Shown: piece after piece, positions 1-7,955 of the stretch
Position numbering within the stretch: the first letter of the stretch is position 1
How the letters are laid out: every line of letters begins with the position of its first letter
The notes under the pieces: generated by a model
Seen by the model: the letters and a program-made list of their open reading frames with translations, nothing else
Databases searched by the model: none
What the model was told of the DNA's origin: nothing
Translations under genes and position numbers: made by a program
Source: a virus
Length of the DNA stretch: 11,478 nucleotides
Virus genome (UHGV): UHGV-0377753
Strand: one strand, 5' to 3'

Positions 1-46
1 AGGTTGCTCCGGGCTATGAAATAGAAAAATGAATCCGTTGAAGCCT
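1..46. other. Host chromosomal flank (bacterial B arm of attL) abutting the prophage
   Basis: The sequence ccgttgaagcct immediately left of the 15-bp core matches the E. coli attB(lambda) left arm as I recall it, not the phage P arm. This is a memory-based call on only 46 bp. Confidence 0.6.
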
Positions 47-61
47 GCTTTTTTATACTAA
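47..61. other. attL: attL core (common core O, GCTTTTTTATACTAA) of lambda site-specific recombination
   Basis: Exact 15-bp lambda att core, followed by the phage P' arm (agttggcattataaaaaagcattgcttatcaatttgttgcaacgaacaggtcactatcagtcaaaataaaatcattat) and the int gene. Confidence 0.85.
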
Positions 62-84
62 GTTGGCATTATAAAAAAGCATTG

Positions 85-138
85 CTTATCAATTTGTTGC
101 AACGAACAGGTCACTATCAGTCAAAATAAAATCATTAT
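85..138. promoter_or_regulatory. P' arm protein-binding sites: IHF H' site (atcaatttgttg, 88-99) and Int arm-type sites P'1-P'3 (caggtcactat 107-117, cagtcaaaat 118-127, aaaatcattat 128-138)
   Basis: Matches the IHF consensus WATCAANNNNTTR and tandem arm-type Int sites of the C/AAGTCACTAT family; the position relative to the core is as in lambda attP. Confidence 0.6.
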
Positions 139-1205
139 TTGATTTCAATTTTGTCCCACTCCCTGCCTCTGTCATCACGATACTGTGATGCCATGGTGTC
201 CGACTTATGCCCGAGAAGATGTTGAGCAAACTTATCGCTTATCTGCTTCTCATAGAGTCTTGCAGACAAACTGCGCAACTCGTGAAAGGTAGGCGGATCC
301 CCTTCGAAGGAAAGACCTGATGCTTTTCGTGCGCGCATAAAATACCTTGATACTGTGCCGGATGAAAGCGGTTCACGACGAGTAGATGCAATTATGGTTT
401 CTCCGCCAAGAATCTTTTTGCATTTATCAAGTGTTTCCTTCATTGATATCCCGAGAGCATCAACATGCAATGTTGTTGGGATGGCAATTTTTACGCCTGT
501 TTTGCTTTGCTCGACATAAAGATATCCATCTACGATATCAGACCACTTCATTTCGCATAAATCACCAACTCGCTGCCCGGTAACAACAGCCAGTTCCATT
601 GCAAGTCTAAGCCAACATGGTGATGATTCTGCTGCTTGATAAATTTTCAGGTATTCGTCAGCCGTAAGTCTTGATCTCCTTACCTCTGATTTTGCAGCGC
701 GAGTGGCTGCGACCGGGTTTGTTGTTATATGGCCTTCAGCTATAGCCTCTCGGAATGCATCGCTCAGTGTTGATCTGATTAACTTGGCTGATGCCGCCTT
801 GCCCTCGTCTATGTATCCATTGAGCATTGCCGCAATTTCTTTTGTGGTGATGTCTTCAAGTGGAGCATCAGGCAGACCCCTCCTTATTGCTTTAATTTTG
901 CTCATGTAATTTATGAGTGTCTTCTGCTTGATTCCTCTGCTGGCCAGGATTTTTTCGTAGCGATCAAGCCATGAATGTAACGTAACGGAATTATCACTGT
1001 TGATTCTCGCTGTCAGAGGCTTGTGTTTGTGTCCTGAAAATAACTCAATGTTGGCCTGTATAGCTTCAGTGATTGCGATTCGCCTGTCTCGGCCTAATCC
1101 AAACTCTTTACCCGTCCTTGGGTCCCTGTAGCAGTAATATCCATTGTTTCTTATATAAAGGTTAGGGGGTAAATCCCGGCGCTCATGACTTCGCCTTCTT
1201 CCCAT
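135..1205 (-). CDS. int: Integrase (tyrosine recombinase), 356 aa
   Basis: The ORF translation MGRRRSHERRDLPPNLYIRNNGYYCYRDPRTGKEFGLG... is recognisable as lambda Int over its full length; TAA stop at 135-137 overlaps arm site P'3. Confidence 0.97.
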   Translation of the reverse strand: MGRRRSHERRDLPPNLYIRNNGYYCYRDPRTGKEFGLGRDRRIAITEAIQANIELFSGHKHKPLTARINSDNSVTLHSWLDRYEKILASRGIKQKTLINYMSKIKAIRRGLPDAPLEDITTKEIAAMLNGYIDEGKAASAKLIRSTLSDAFREAIAEGHITTNPVAATRAAKSEVRRSRLTADEYLKIYQAAESSPCWLRLAMELAVVTGQRVGDLCEMKWSDIVDGYLYVEQSKTGVKIAIPTTLHVDALGISMKETLDKCKKILGGETIIASTRREPLSSGTVSRYFMRARKASGLSFEGDPPTFHELRSLSARLYEKQISDKFAQHLLGHKSDTMASQYRDDRGREWDKIEIK

Positions 1206-1401
1206 TTCTGATCCTCTTCAAAAGGCTACCTGTTACTGGTCGATTTAAGTCAACCTTTACCGCTGATTCGTGGAACAGATACTCTCTTCCATCCTTAACC
1301 GGAGGAGGGAATATCCTGCACTCGCGTACCCATCGACGAACTGTTTCAAGGCTTCTTGGGCGTCGCTGGCGTGCGTTCCACTCCTGAAGTGTCAAGTACA
1401 T
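1183..1401 (-). CDS. xis: Excisionase, 72 aa
   Basis: Translation MYLTLQEWNARQRRPRSLETVRRWVRECRIFPPPVKDGREYLFHESAVKVDL... is lambda Xis; overlaps the int start by 23 nt as in lambda. Confidence 0.95.
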   Translation of the reverse strand: MYLTLQEWNARQRRPRSLETVRRWVRECRIFPPPVKDGREYLFHESAVKVDLNRPVTGSLLKRIRNGKKAKS

Positions 1402-1430
1402 CGCAAAGTCTCCGCAATTACACGCAAGAA
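1380..1430 (-). promoter_or_regulatory. pI promoter region with cII-binding TTGC-N6-TTGC repeat (1414-1427) overlapping the xis start
   Basis: Minus strand reads cTTGCgtgtaaTTGCggagactttgcgATG; TTGC-N6-TTGC is the cII recognition motif and its position at the xis 5' end corresponds to lambda pI. Confidence 0.6.
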
Positions 1431-1448
1431 AAAACCGCCATCAGGCGG
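1429..1448 (-). terminator. Short hairpin plus U-run at the 3' end of orf55 (putative intrinsic terminator)
   Basis: ccgcc (1435-1439) / ggcgg (1444-1448) stem with a 4-nt loop; the minus-strand RNA continues into UUUUUU (1429-1434). Confidence 0.4.
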
Positions 1449-1608
1449 CTTGGTGTTCTTTCAGTTCTTCAATTCGAATATTGGTTACGTCTGCATGTGC
1501 TATCTGCGCCCACAGCATCCAGTGGTCATAGCAGTCGCTGATGTTCTCGGCTTCGATAACTCTGTTGAATGGTTCTCCATTCCATTCACCTGTGACTCGG
1601 AAGTGCAT
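1441..1608 (-). CDS. Small conserved lambda protein (orf55-like), 55 aa
   Basis: ATG at 1608 preceded by GGAG Shine-Dalgarno (ggagatgataaATG); translation MHFRVTGEWNGEPFNRVIEAENISDCYDHWMLWAQIAHADVTNIRIEELKEHQAA. Falls below the ORF-track length cutoff; position and size match the small ORF between xis and ea8.5 in lambda (from memory). Confidence 0.6.
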   Translation of the reverse strand: MHFRVTGEWNGEPFNRVIEAENISDCYDHWMLWAQIAHADVTNIRIEELKEHQAA

Positions 1609-1620
1609 TTATCATCTCCA

Positions 1621-1647
1621 TAAAAAAAACTCGCCGTAGCGAGTTCA
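1621..1647 (-). terminator. Intrinsic terminator (7-bp stem aactcgc/gcgagtt, loop cgta, followed by U8 on the minus-strand RNA)
   Basis: Forward ataaaaaaaactcgccgtagcgagtt; on the minus strand a perfect hairpin is followed by UUUUUUUU. Confidence 0.6.
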
Positions 1648-1804
1648 GATAAAAGAAATCCCCGCGAGTGCGAGGATAGTTATTCATTGTCGATATTTAC
1701 ATTTATTTCGAATATCTTTACTGGGTAATCGCCAAAGTCATATATTTTTTATTCTGTTTTATAAGCACTACCAAGTACTGCTTATTACAAATAAGAAAAG
1801 GCTG

Positions 1805-1834
1805 AAAAAAATATTTAAGGCCACAACTGTGGCC
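1805..1834 (-). terminator. Intrinsic terminator immediately downstream of the DUF1311-like gene
   Basis: Palindrome ggccacaactgtggcc (1819-1834) followed on the minus strand by UUAAAUAUUUUUUU. Confidence 0.65.
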
Positions 1835-1844
1835 CTAAATTTAC

Positions 1845-2543
1845 TTACGGCACTGCGTTAATCAGATTACAAATACCTCTTTTGGCAGGGTCTGAATTCA
1901 ACTTCTGAAAATTGGCGTTCAACATAGCCGTGTGTAAGTGATTCTCAACCTCAAAGAATAGGTCGATTTTGCCCTCTTTGGCTGCCTGTTTCTTCCAAAT
2001 ATTCACTTGGTCATCAGCAATACGACTAGCGCAAGTGAACAAGAACGAACTGCCTCTAGGAATGGATGTCGTGCTGTAATACTCACCATCTACTTCTACA
2101 TATTTAGCTCGGAATGACTCTAAGGTTAGCTTATTGCCGTTCTTGACCGACTTAGCTTCTGCCTTACTTGTATCTTCCTGCTCTTTAGAATGTTTCTGCG
2201 CCGACGTGGGTATGTCATTGGCCGCTGTTACGCTGACTGAACTCCCCAAACCTTTGAGGCCATTAATTTGGATAAGATAAGCCAGCTCCAGAGCCTTATT
2301 ATCAGTGAGTTTTCCACGCATATTTACCCACTGACGTTGAACCATTTTTAGGGTGTCTGCGTTCTCTGGGTTTCCTTTGAGGGCACTAGAATAGGCAGAG
2401 CTAAGCTGTTCGTCTAATTTTGACAGACGTTCGTTATCGCAGATTTTATGTTCGATTGCTGTCGAAGCCTTTTGGCAGTCAAAGCTGGCTGCAAATGCAC
2501 CCGGCGATGCCACTAACAATGATGCCAGTAGGATATTTTTCAT
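1845..2543 (-). CDS. Secreted (periplasmic) protein with N-terminal DUF1311 / LprI-like domain, 232 aa; occupies the position of lambda ea8.5
   Basis: Preferred start ATG 2543 with GGAG Shine-Dalgarno (gtatttatGGAGtgaatATG); the track ORF extends to 2570. Signal peptide MKNILLASLLVASPGAFA|AS. The motif FDCQKASTAIEHKICDNERLSKLDEQLSSAYSSALK fits the DUF1311 C..A.T..E..IC....L..LD..L...Y pattern. Much larger than the 93-aa Ea8.5. Confidence 0.75.
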   Translation of the reverse strand: MKNILLASLLVASPGAFAASFDCQKASTAIEHKICDNERLSKLDEQLSSAYSSALKGNPENADTLKMVQRQWVNMRGKLTDNKALELAYLIQINGLKGLGSSVSVTAANDIPTSAQKHSKEQEDTSKAEAKSVKNGNKLTLESFRAKYVEVDGEYYSTTSIPRGSSFLFTCASRIADDQVNIWKKQAAKEGKIDLFFEVENHLHTAMLNANFQKLNSDPAKRGICNLINAVP

Positions 2544-2571
2544 ATTCACTCCATAAATACAAAAGCGCATT

Positions 2572-2612
2572 ACTATAGCACTTAACCGATCGCTTATCTC
2601 GCCCGTTCGTCA
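2572..2612 (-). promoter_or_regulatory. Putative sigma70 promoter for the DUF1311 moron (extended -10 TGcTATAGT)
   Basis: Minus strand reads ...gttaagTGcTATAGTaatgcgcttttgtatttatggagtgaatATG; the -35 is weak. Confidence 0.35.
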
Positions 2613-2673
2613 TTCTTATCTAACCAGAACATGCGACTGCCACAGCACATGTCGAGGATTGCTGCATGTCCAG

Positions 2674-3222
2674 TCACTGGTTGCCTCCTTTGCGAAGCTG
2701 GGCGGCTAACTCATCACATATGTGCGTCAAAGAGCAAAGTTTGATTGATGGATGTTCGCGCATCATCTCCACCCCCTGCGCCCGTACTTCAGCCAGGAAA
2801 GCATCGGTGGCTGGCATATTTCCTGTTGCCTTCATGGCCTCCAAAATAACCAGAACACCATCTCTCCCAATCTCCTCGCAGATAACCTCGGTGCTGTCGC
2901 CAACAACATCGCAGAATTCCTGAACTGCTTTACGAGCCAGCTCATTCTCCGCCGCCAGCGCCGAAAACTTCTCGTGTGCCAACTTAACAGCTGCATCAGC
3001 CTGCTTAATTGACTCAGTCGCTTTCTGGTGGTCTTCGGCCAGCCCTGCTAAATCAGCCTCCAGTTCGGCTAGGCGTTCATTTAATGCATCTCGTTCATCC
3101 AGTAGAGCCAGCACAACCTGAGGTGTGACTTTCATACGAAATGCCAGCAATTTTTGAGGTGTTGCTACTGTTTCAATTGCTACTGCCGCCTCACGCAGTG
3201 CCTGAGAGTTAATTTCGCTCAC
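2674..3222 (-). CDS. ea22: Ea22-like early protein, 182 aa, coiled-coil rich
   Basis: N-terminus MSEINSQALREAA... and the 182-aa length match lambda Ea22; the start overlaps the orf73 stop (ATGA). Confidence 0.8.
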   Translation of the reverse strand: MSEINSQALREAAVAIETVATPQKLLAFRMKVTPQVVLALLDERDALNERLAELEADLAGLAEDHQKATESIKQADAAVKLAHEKFSALAAENELARKAVQEFCDVVGDSTEVICEEIGRDGVLVILEAMKATGNMPATDAFLAEVRAQGVEMMREHPSIKLCSLTHICDELAAQLRKGGNQ

Positions 3223-3440
3223 TTCGAACCTCTCTGTTTACTGATAAGTTCCAGATCCTCCTGGCAACTTGCACAAGTCCGACAACCCTGAACGGCCAAG
3301 CGTCTTCGTTCATCTATCGGATCGCCACACTCACAACAATGAGTGGCAGATATAGCCTGGTGGTTCAGGCGGCGCATTTTTATTGCTGTGTTGCGCTGTA
3401 ATTCTTCAATTTCTGATGCTGAATCAATGATGTCTGCCAT
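3219..3440 (-). CDS. TraR/DksA-family C4 zinc-finger protein (lambda orf73-like), 73 aa
   Basis: 73 aa with CxxC...CxxC (HCCECGD ... CRTCASC), the same size and architecture as F-plasmid TraR; lambda Orf73 is a described TraR homolog. Shine-Dalgarno aggga upstream. Confidence 0.8.
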   Translation of the reverse strand: MADIIDSASEIEELQRNTAIKMRRLNHQAISATHCCECGDPIDERRRLAVQGCRTCASCQEDLELISKQRGSK

Positions 3441-3490
3441 CTTTCATTAATCCCTGAATTGTTGGTTAATACGCTTGAGGGTGAATGCGA

Positions 3491-3516
3491 ATAATAAAAA
3501 AGGAGCCTGTAGCTCC
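3491..3516 (-). terminator. Intrinsic terminator-like hairpin within the leftward early operon (possibly tL3-equivalent)
   Basis: Stem ggagc (3502-3506) / gctcc (3512-3516) with loop ctgta, followed on the minus strand by UUUUUUAUUAUU. Confidence 0.45.
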
Positions 3517-3538
3517 CTGATGATTTTGCTTTTCATGT

Positions 3539-3820
3539 TCACCGTTCCTTAAAGACGCCGTTCAACATGCCGATCGCCAGGCTTAAATGAGTCGGTGTGA
3601 ATCCCATCAGCGTTACCGTTTCGCGGTGCTTCTTTAGTACGCTACGGCAAATGTCATCGACGTTTTTATCCGGAAACTGCTGTCTGGCTTTTTTGATTTC
3701 AGAATTAGCCTGACGGGCAATGCTGCGAAGGGCGTTTTCTTGCTGAGGTGTCATTGAACAAGCCCCATGTCGGCAAGCATAAGCACACAGAATATGAAGC
3801 CCGCTGCCAGAAAAATGCAT
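3539..3820 (-). CDS. Hypothetical protein in the lambda orf61 frame, 93 aa (alternative start 3754 gives 71 aa)
   Basis: Open frame MHFSGSGLHILCAYACRHGACSMTPQQENALRSIARQANSEIKKARQQFPDKNVDDICRSV...; an in-frame ATG at 3850 is cut off by TGA at 3821-3823 directly before this ATG. It ends just upstream of the terminator at 3491-3516. Confidence 0.45.
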   Translation of the reverse strand: MHFSGSGLHILCAYACRHGACSMTPQQENALRSIARQANSEIKKARQQFPDKNVDDICRSVLKKHRETVTLMGFTPTHLSLAIGMLNGVFKER

Positions 3821-3830
3821 TCAGTGGTTG

Positions 3831-4022
3831 TCATACCTGGTCTCTCTCATCTGCTTCTGCTTTCGCCACCATCATTTCCAGCTTTTGTGAAAGGGATGCG
3901 GCTAACGTATGAAATTCTTCGTCTGTTTCTACTGGTATTGGCACAAACCTGACTCCAATTTGAGCGAGGCTATGTGCCATCTCGATACTCGTTCTTAACT
4001 CAACGGGAGATGCTTTGTGCAT
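3831..4022 (-). CDS. Lambda Orf63-like protein, 63 aa
   Basis: Translation [63 protein letters not shown]; position and size as lambda orf63. Confidence 0.8.
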   Translation of the reverse strand: MHKASPVELRTSIEMAHSLAQIGVRFVPIPVETDEEFHTLAASLSQKLEMMVAKAEADERDQV

Positions 4023-4177
4023 ACAGCTCCCCGTTTATTATTTATCTCCTCAGCCAGCCGCTGTGCTTTCAGGGGATTTCTGATAACAGAAAGGCCGGGA
4101 AATACCCAGCCTCGCTTTGTAATGGAGTAGACGAAAGTGATCGCGCCTACCCGGATATTATCGTGAGGATGCGTCAT
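3995..4177 (-). CDS. Lambda Orf60a-like protein, 60 aa (the track ORF extends 2 codons further upstream)
   Basis: Translation [60 protein letters not shown]; overlaps the exo stop by 4 nt and orf63 by 28 nt, as in lambda. Confidence 0.7.
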   Translation of the reverse strand: MTHPHDNIRVGAITFVYSITKRGWVFPGLSVIRNPLKAQRLAEEINNKRGAVCTKHLPLS

Positions 4178-4854
4178 CGCCATTGCTCCCCAAATACAAA
4201 ACCAATTTCAGCCAGTGCCTCGTCCATTTTTTCGATGAACTCCGGCACCATCTCGTCAAAACTCGCCATGTAATTTTCATCCCGCTCAACCACGACATAA
4301 TGCAGGCCTTCACGCTTCATTCGTGGGTCATAGTTGGCAAAGTACCAGGCATCTTTTCGCGTCACCCACATGCTGTACTGCACCTGGGCCATGTAAGCCG
4401 ATTTTATGGCCTCGAAACCACCGAGCCGGAACTTCATGAAATCCCGGGAGGTAAACGGGCATTTCAGTTCAAGGCCGTTGCCGTCACTGCATAAACCATC
4501 GGGAGAGCAGGCGGTGCGCATACTTTCGTCGCGATAGATGATCGGGGATTCAGTAACATTAACGCCGGAAGTGAACTCAAAGAGGGTTCTGGCGTCGTTC
4601 TCGTACTGTTTTCCCCAGGCCAGCGCCTTAGCGTTAACTTCCGGAGCCACACCGGTGCAAACCTCAGCCAGCAGGGTGTGGAAGTAGGACATTTTCATGT
4701 CAGGCCACTTCTTTCCTGAGCGGGGCTTTGCTATCACGTTGTGAACTTCTGAAGCGGTGATGACGCCGAGCCGTAATTTGTGCCATGCATCATCCCCCTG
4801 TTCGACAGCTCTCACGTCGATCCCGGTACGCTGCAGGATAATGTCCGGTGTCAT
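4174..4854 (-). CDS. exo: Lambda exonuclease (Red alpha), 226 aa
   Basis: Full-length match to lambda Exo ([65 protein letters not shown]...). Confidence 0.97.
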   Translation of the reverse strand: MTPDIILQRTGIDVRAVEQGDDAWHKLRLGVITASEVHNVIAKPRSGKKWPDMKMSYFHTLLAEVCTGVAPEVNAKALAWGKQYENDARTLFEFTSGVNVTESPIIYRDESMRTACSPDGLCSDGNGLELKCPFTSRDFMKFRLGGFEAIKSAYMAQVQYSMWVTRKDAWYFANYDPRMKREGLHYVVVERDENYMASFDEMVPEFIEKMDEALAEIGFVFGEQWR

Positions 4855-5636
4855 GCAGCCACCTTCTGTTCAGAGGCTTTCTGTTTCAGGAATCCAAGAG
4901 CTTTCATTGCTTCGGCCTGTGTCAGTTCTGACGATGCGCGAATGTCGCGGCGAAATATCTGGGAACAGAGCGGCAATAAGTCGTCATCCCATGTTTTGTC
5001 CAGGGCAATCAGCATAGTGTTAATCTCCTGCATGGTTTCATCGTTAACCGGAGTGATGTCGCGTTCCGGCTGACGTTCTGCAGTGTATGCGGTATTTTCG
5101 ACAATGCGCTCGGCTTCATCCTTGTCATAGATACCAGCAAATCCGAAGGCCAGACGGGCACACTGAATCATGGCTTTATGCCGTAACATCCGTTTGGGAT
5201 GCGACTGCCACGGTCCGGTGATTTCTCTGCCTTCGCGGGTTTTGAATGGTTCGCGGCGGCATTCATCCATCCACTCGGTAACGCAGATCGGATGATTACG
5301 GTCCTTGCGGTAAATCCGGCATGTACATGATTCATTGTCCTGCTCAAAGTCCATGCCATCAAACTGCTGGTTTTCATTGATGATACGGGACCAGCCATCA
5401 ACGCCCACCACCGGAACGATGCCGTTCTGCTTGTCAGGGAAGGCGTAAATTTCTTTCGTCCACGGATTAAGGCCGTACTGGTTGGCGACGATCAACAATG
5501 CGATGAACTGCGCATCGCTGGCATCGCCTTTAAATGCCGTCTGGCGAAGAGTGGTGATCAGTTCCTGTGGGTCGACAGAATCCATGCCGACACGTTCAGC
5601 CAGCTTCCCTGCCAGCGTTGCGAGTGCTGTACTCAT
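4851..5636 (-). CDS. bet: Red beta single-strand annealing protein, 261 aa
   Basis: Full-length match to lambda Bet ([261 protein letters not shown]); 4-nt overlap with exo. Confidence 0.97.
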   Translation of the reverse strand: MSTALATLAGKLAERVGMDSVDPQELITTLRQTAFKGDASDAQFIALLIVANQYGLNPWTKEIYAFPDKQNGIVPVVGVDGWSRIINENQQFDGMDFEQDNESCTCRIYRKDRNHPICVTEWMDECRREPFKTREGREITGPWQSHPKRMLRHKAMIQCARLAFGFAGIYDKDEAERIVENTAYTAERQPERDITPVNDETMQEINTMLIALDKTWDDDLLPLCSQIFRRDIRASSELTQAEAMKALGFLKQKASEQKVAA

Positions 5637-5641
5637 CCGTT

Positions 5642-6058
5642 TTATACCTCTGAATCAATATCAACCTGATGGTGAGCAATGGTTTCAACCATGTACCGGA
5701 TGTGTTCTGCCATGCGCTCCTGAAACTCAACATCGTCATCAAACGCACGGGTAATGGCTTTTTTGCTGGCCCCGTGGCGTTGCAAATGATCGATGCATAG
5801 CGATTCAAACAGGTGCTGGGGCAGGCCTTTTTCCATGTCGTCTGCCAGTTCTGCCTCTTTCTCTTCACGGGCTATCTGCTGGTAGTGACGCGCCCAGCTC
5901 TGAGCCTCAAGACGATCCTGAATGTAATAAGCGTTCATGGCCGAACTCCTGAAATAGCTGTGAAAATATCGCCCGCGAAATGCCGGGCTGATTAGGAAAA
6001 CAGGAAAGGGGGTTAGTGAATGCTTTTGCTTGATCTCAGTTTCAGTATTAATATCCAT
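5642..6058 (-). CDS. gam: Gam (RecBCD inhibitor), 138-aa long form; the internal start MNAYYIQ gives the 98-aa GamS form
   Basis: Translation [138 protein letters not shown] matches lambda Gam. Confidence 0.95.
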   Translation of the reverse strand: MDINTETEIKQKHSLTPFPVFLISPAFRGRYFHSYFRSSAMNAYYIQDRLEAQSWARHYQQIAREEKEAELADDMEKGLPQHLFESLCIDHLQRHGASKKAITRAFDDDVEFQERMAEHIRYMVETIAHHQVDIDSEV

Positions 6059-6156
6059 TTTTTATAAGCGTCGACGGCCTCACGAAACATCTTTTCATCG
6101 CCAATAAAAGTGGCAATAGTGAATTTTGTCTGGATAGCCATAAGTTTTTTATCCAT
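6013..6156 (-). CDS. kil: Kil (host cell-division inhibitor), 47 aa
   Basis: ATG at 6156; translation [47 protein letters not shown]; overlaps the gam start and the cIII 3' end as in lambda. Below the track cutoff as a separate start (the track shows an 89-aa extended frame). Confidence 0.85.
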   Translation of the reverse strand: MDKKLMAIQTKFTIATFIGDEKMFREAVDAYKKWILILKLRSSKSIH

Positions 6157-6289
6157 TTTTGGGTACTCCTGGCTGATTAAGTATGTCGATAAGGCGTTTC
6201 CATCCGTCACGTAATTTACGGGTGATTCGTTCAAGTAAAGATTCGGAAGGGCAGCCAGCAACAGGCCACCCTGCAATGGCATATTGCAT
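6149..6289 (-). CDS. cIII: cIII (FtsH/HflB inhibitor), 46 aa here, C-terminally shorter than the 54-aa lambda protein
   Basis: ATG at 6289 with Shine-Dalgarno AGGAGC; translation [46 protein letters not shown] then TAA at 6149-6151. The track ORF carries a spurious upstream extension. Confidence 0.85.
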   Translation of the reverse strand: MQYAIAGWPVAGCPSESLLERITRKLRDGWKRLIDILNQPGVPKNG

Positions 6290-6361
6290 GGTGTGCTCCT
6301 TATTTATACATAACGAAAAACGCCTCGAGTGAAGCGTTATTGGTATGCGGTAAAGCCGCAC

Positions 6362-6730
6362 TCAGGCGGCCTTGATAGCCATATCATCTGAATCAAATAT
6401 TCCTGATGTATCGATATCGGTAATTCTTATTCCTTCGCTACCATCCATTGGAGGCCATCCTTCCTGACCATTTCCATCATTCCAGTCGAACTCACACACA
6501 ACACCATATGCATTTAAGTCGCTTGAAATTGCTATAAGCAGAGCATGTTGCGCCAGCATGATTAATACAGCATTTAATACAGAGCCGTGTTTATTGAGTC
6601 GGTATTCAGAGTCTGACCAGAAATTATTAATCTGGTGAAGTTTTTCCTCTGTCATTACGTCATGGTCGATTTCAATTTCTATTGATGCTTTCCAGTCGTA
6701 ATCAATGATGTATTTTTTGATGTTTGACAC
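6362..6730 (-). CDS. ea10: Ea10 (lambda Ssb-like early protein), 122 aa, apparent GTG start
   Basis: Translation MSNIKKYIIDYDWKASIEIEIDHDVMTEEKLHQINNFWSDSEYRLNKHGSVLNAVLIMLAQHALLIAISSDLNAYGVVCEFDWNDGNGQEGWPPMDGSEGIRITDIDTSGIFDSDDMAIKAA matches lambda Ea10; GAGGA Shine-Dalgarno lies upstream of GTG 6730. Confidence 0.9.
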   Translation of the reverse strand: MSNIKKYIIDYDWKASIEIEIDHDVMTEEKLHQINNFWSDSEYRLNKHGSVLNAVLIMLAQHALLIAISSDLNAYGVVCEFDWNDGNGQEGWPPMDGSEGIRITDIDTSGIFDSDDMAIKAA

Positions 6731-6748
6731 CTATTCATATCCTCATAG

Positions 6749-6776
6749 ATAAAAAATCGCCCTCACACTGGAGGGC
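6749..6776 (-). terminator. Intrinsic terminator in the pL operon upstream of ea10 (tL-type)
   Basis: Stem gccctc/gagggc (6759-6764 / 6771-6776) with loop acactg, followed on the minus-strand RNA by GAUUUUUUAU. Confidence 0.6.
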
Positions 6777-6899
6777 AAAGAAGATTTCCAATAATCAGAA
6801 CAAGTCGGCTCCTGTTTAGTTACGAGCGACATTGCTCCGTGTATTCACTCGTTGGAATAAATACACAGTGCAGTGTTTATTAGTATGCCTGTCTTTTAA

Positions 6900-7797
<898 letters not shown>

Positions 7798-7955
7798 CTG
7801 GATTCTCTTGTCAGTTAGCTTTGGTGGTGTGTGGGAGTCGTAGTCCTGAACGAAAACACCCCACGATTGGCTCATTTGCAGCTAATCCGGATTCGCACTT
7901 CCGGCCAATGTTTCGTTTCGTATCACACACCCCAAAGCCTTCTGCTTTGAATGCT

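Noticed and set aside
386-909. Plus-strand ORFs 386-583 (65 aa) and 703-909 (68 aa)
   Set aside because: They lie entirely antisense within the well-supported int gene, with no Shine-Dalgarno and low-complexity translations; they are shadow ORFs.
1270-1623. Plus-strand ORFs 1270-1623 (117 aa) and 1356-1541 (61 aa)
   Set aside because: Antisense to xis, the pI region and orf55; there are no ribosome-binding sites and the region is accounted for by minus-strand lambda genes.
2666-3012. Plus-strand ORFs 2666-2923 and 2752-3012
   Set aside because: Antisense shadows inside ea22.
3751-3834. 27-aa minus-strand ORF (MTTTECIFLAAGFIFCVLMLADMGLVQ) chained by ATGA overlaps between orf63 and the 71-aa ORF
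   Set aside because: It could be a real small hydrophobic peptide, but it overlaps the orf61 frame and is too short to support without expression or conservation data; kept only as a note.
3767-4494. Plus-strand ORFs 3767-3952, 3974-4273 and 4183-4494, and minus-strand 4464-4652
   Set aside because: Antisense or out-of-frame overlaps of orf63, orf60a and exo.
4757-5995. ORFs 4757-5017, 4780-5073, 5168-5401, 5482-5754, 5596-5868 and 5813-5995
   Set aside because: All are embedded in or antisense to exo, bet and gam, whose full-length lambda identities explain this DNA.
6290-6361. Hairpins aacgc...gcgtt and gccgc...gcggc between ea10 and cIII
   Set aside because: They are not followed by a U-tract on the transcribed strand; more likely cIII leader structure than terminators.
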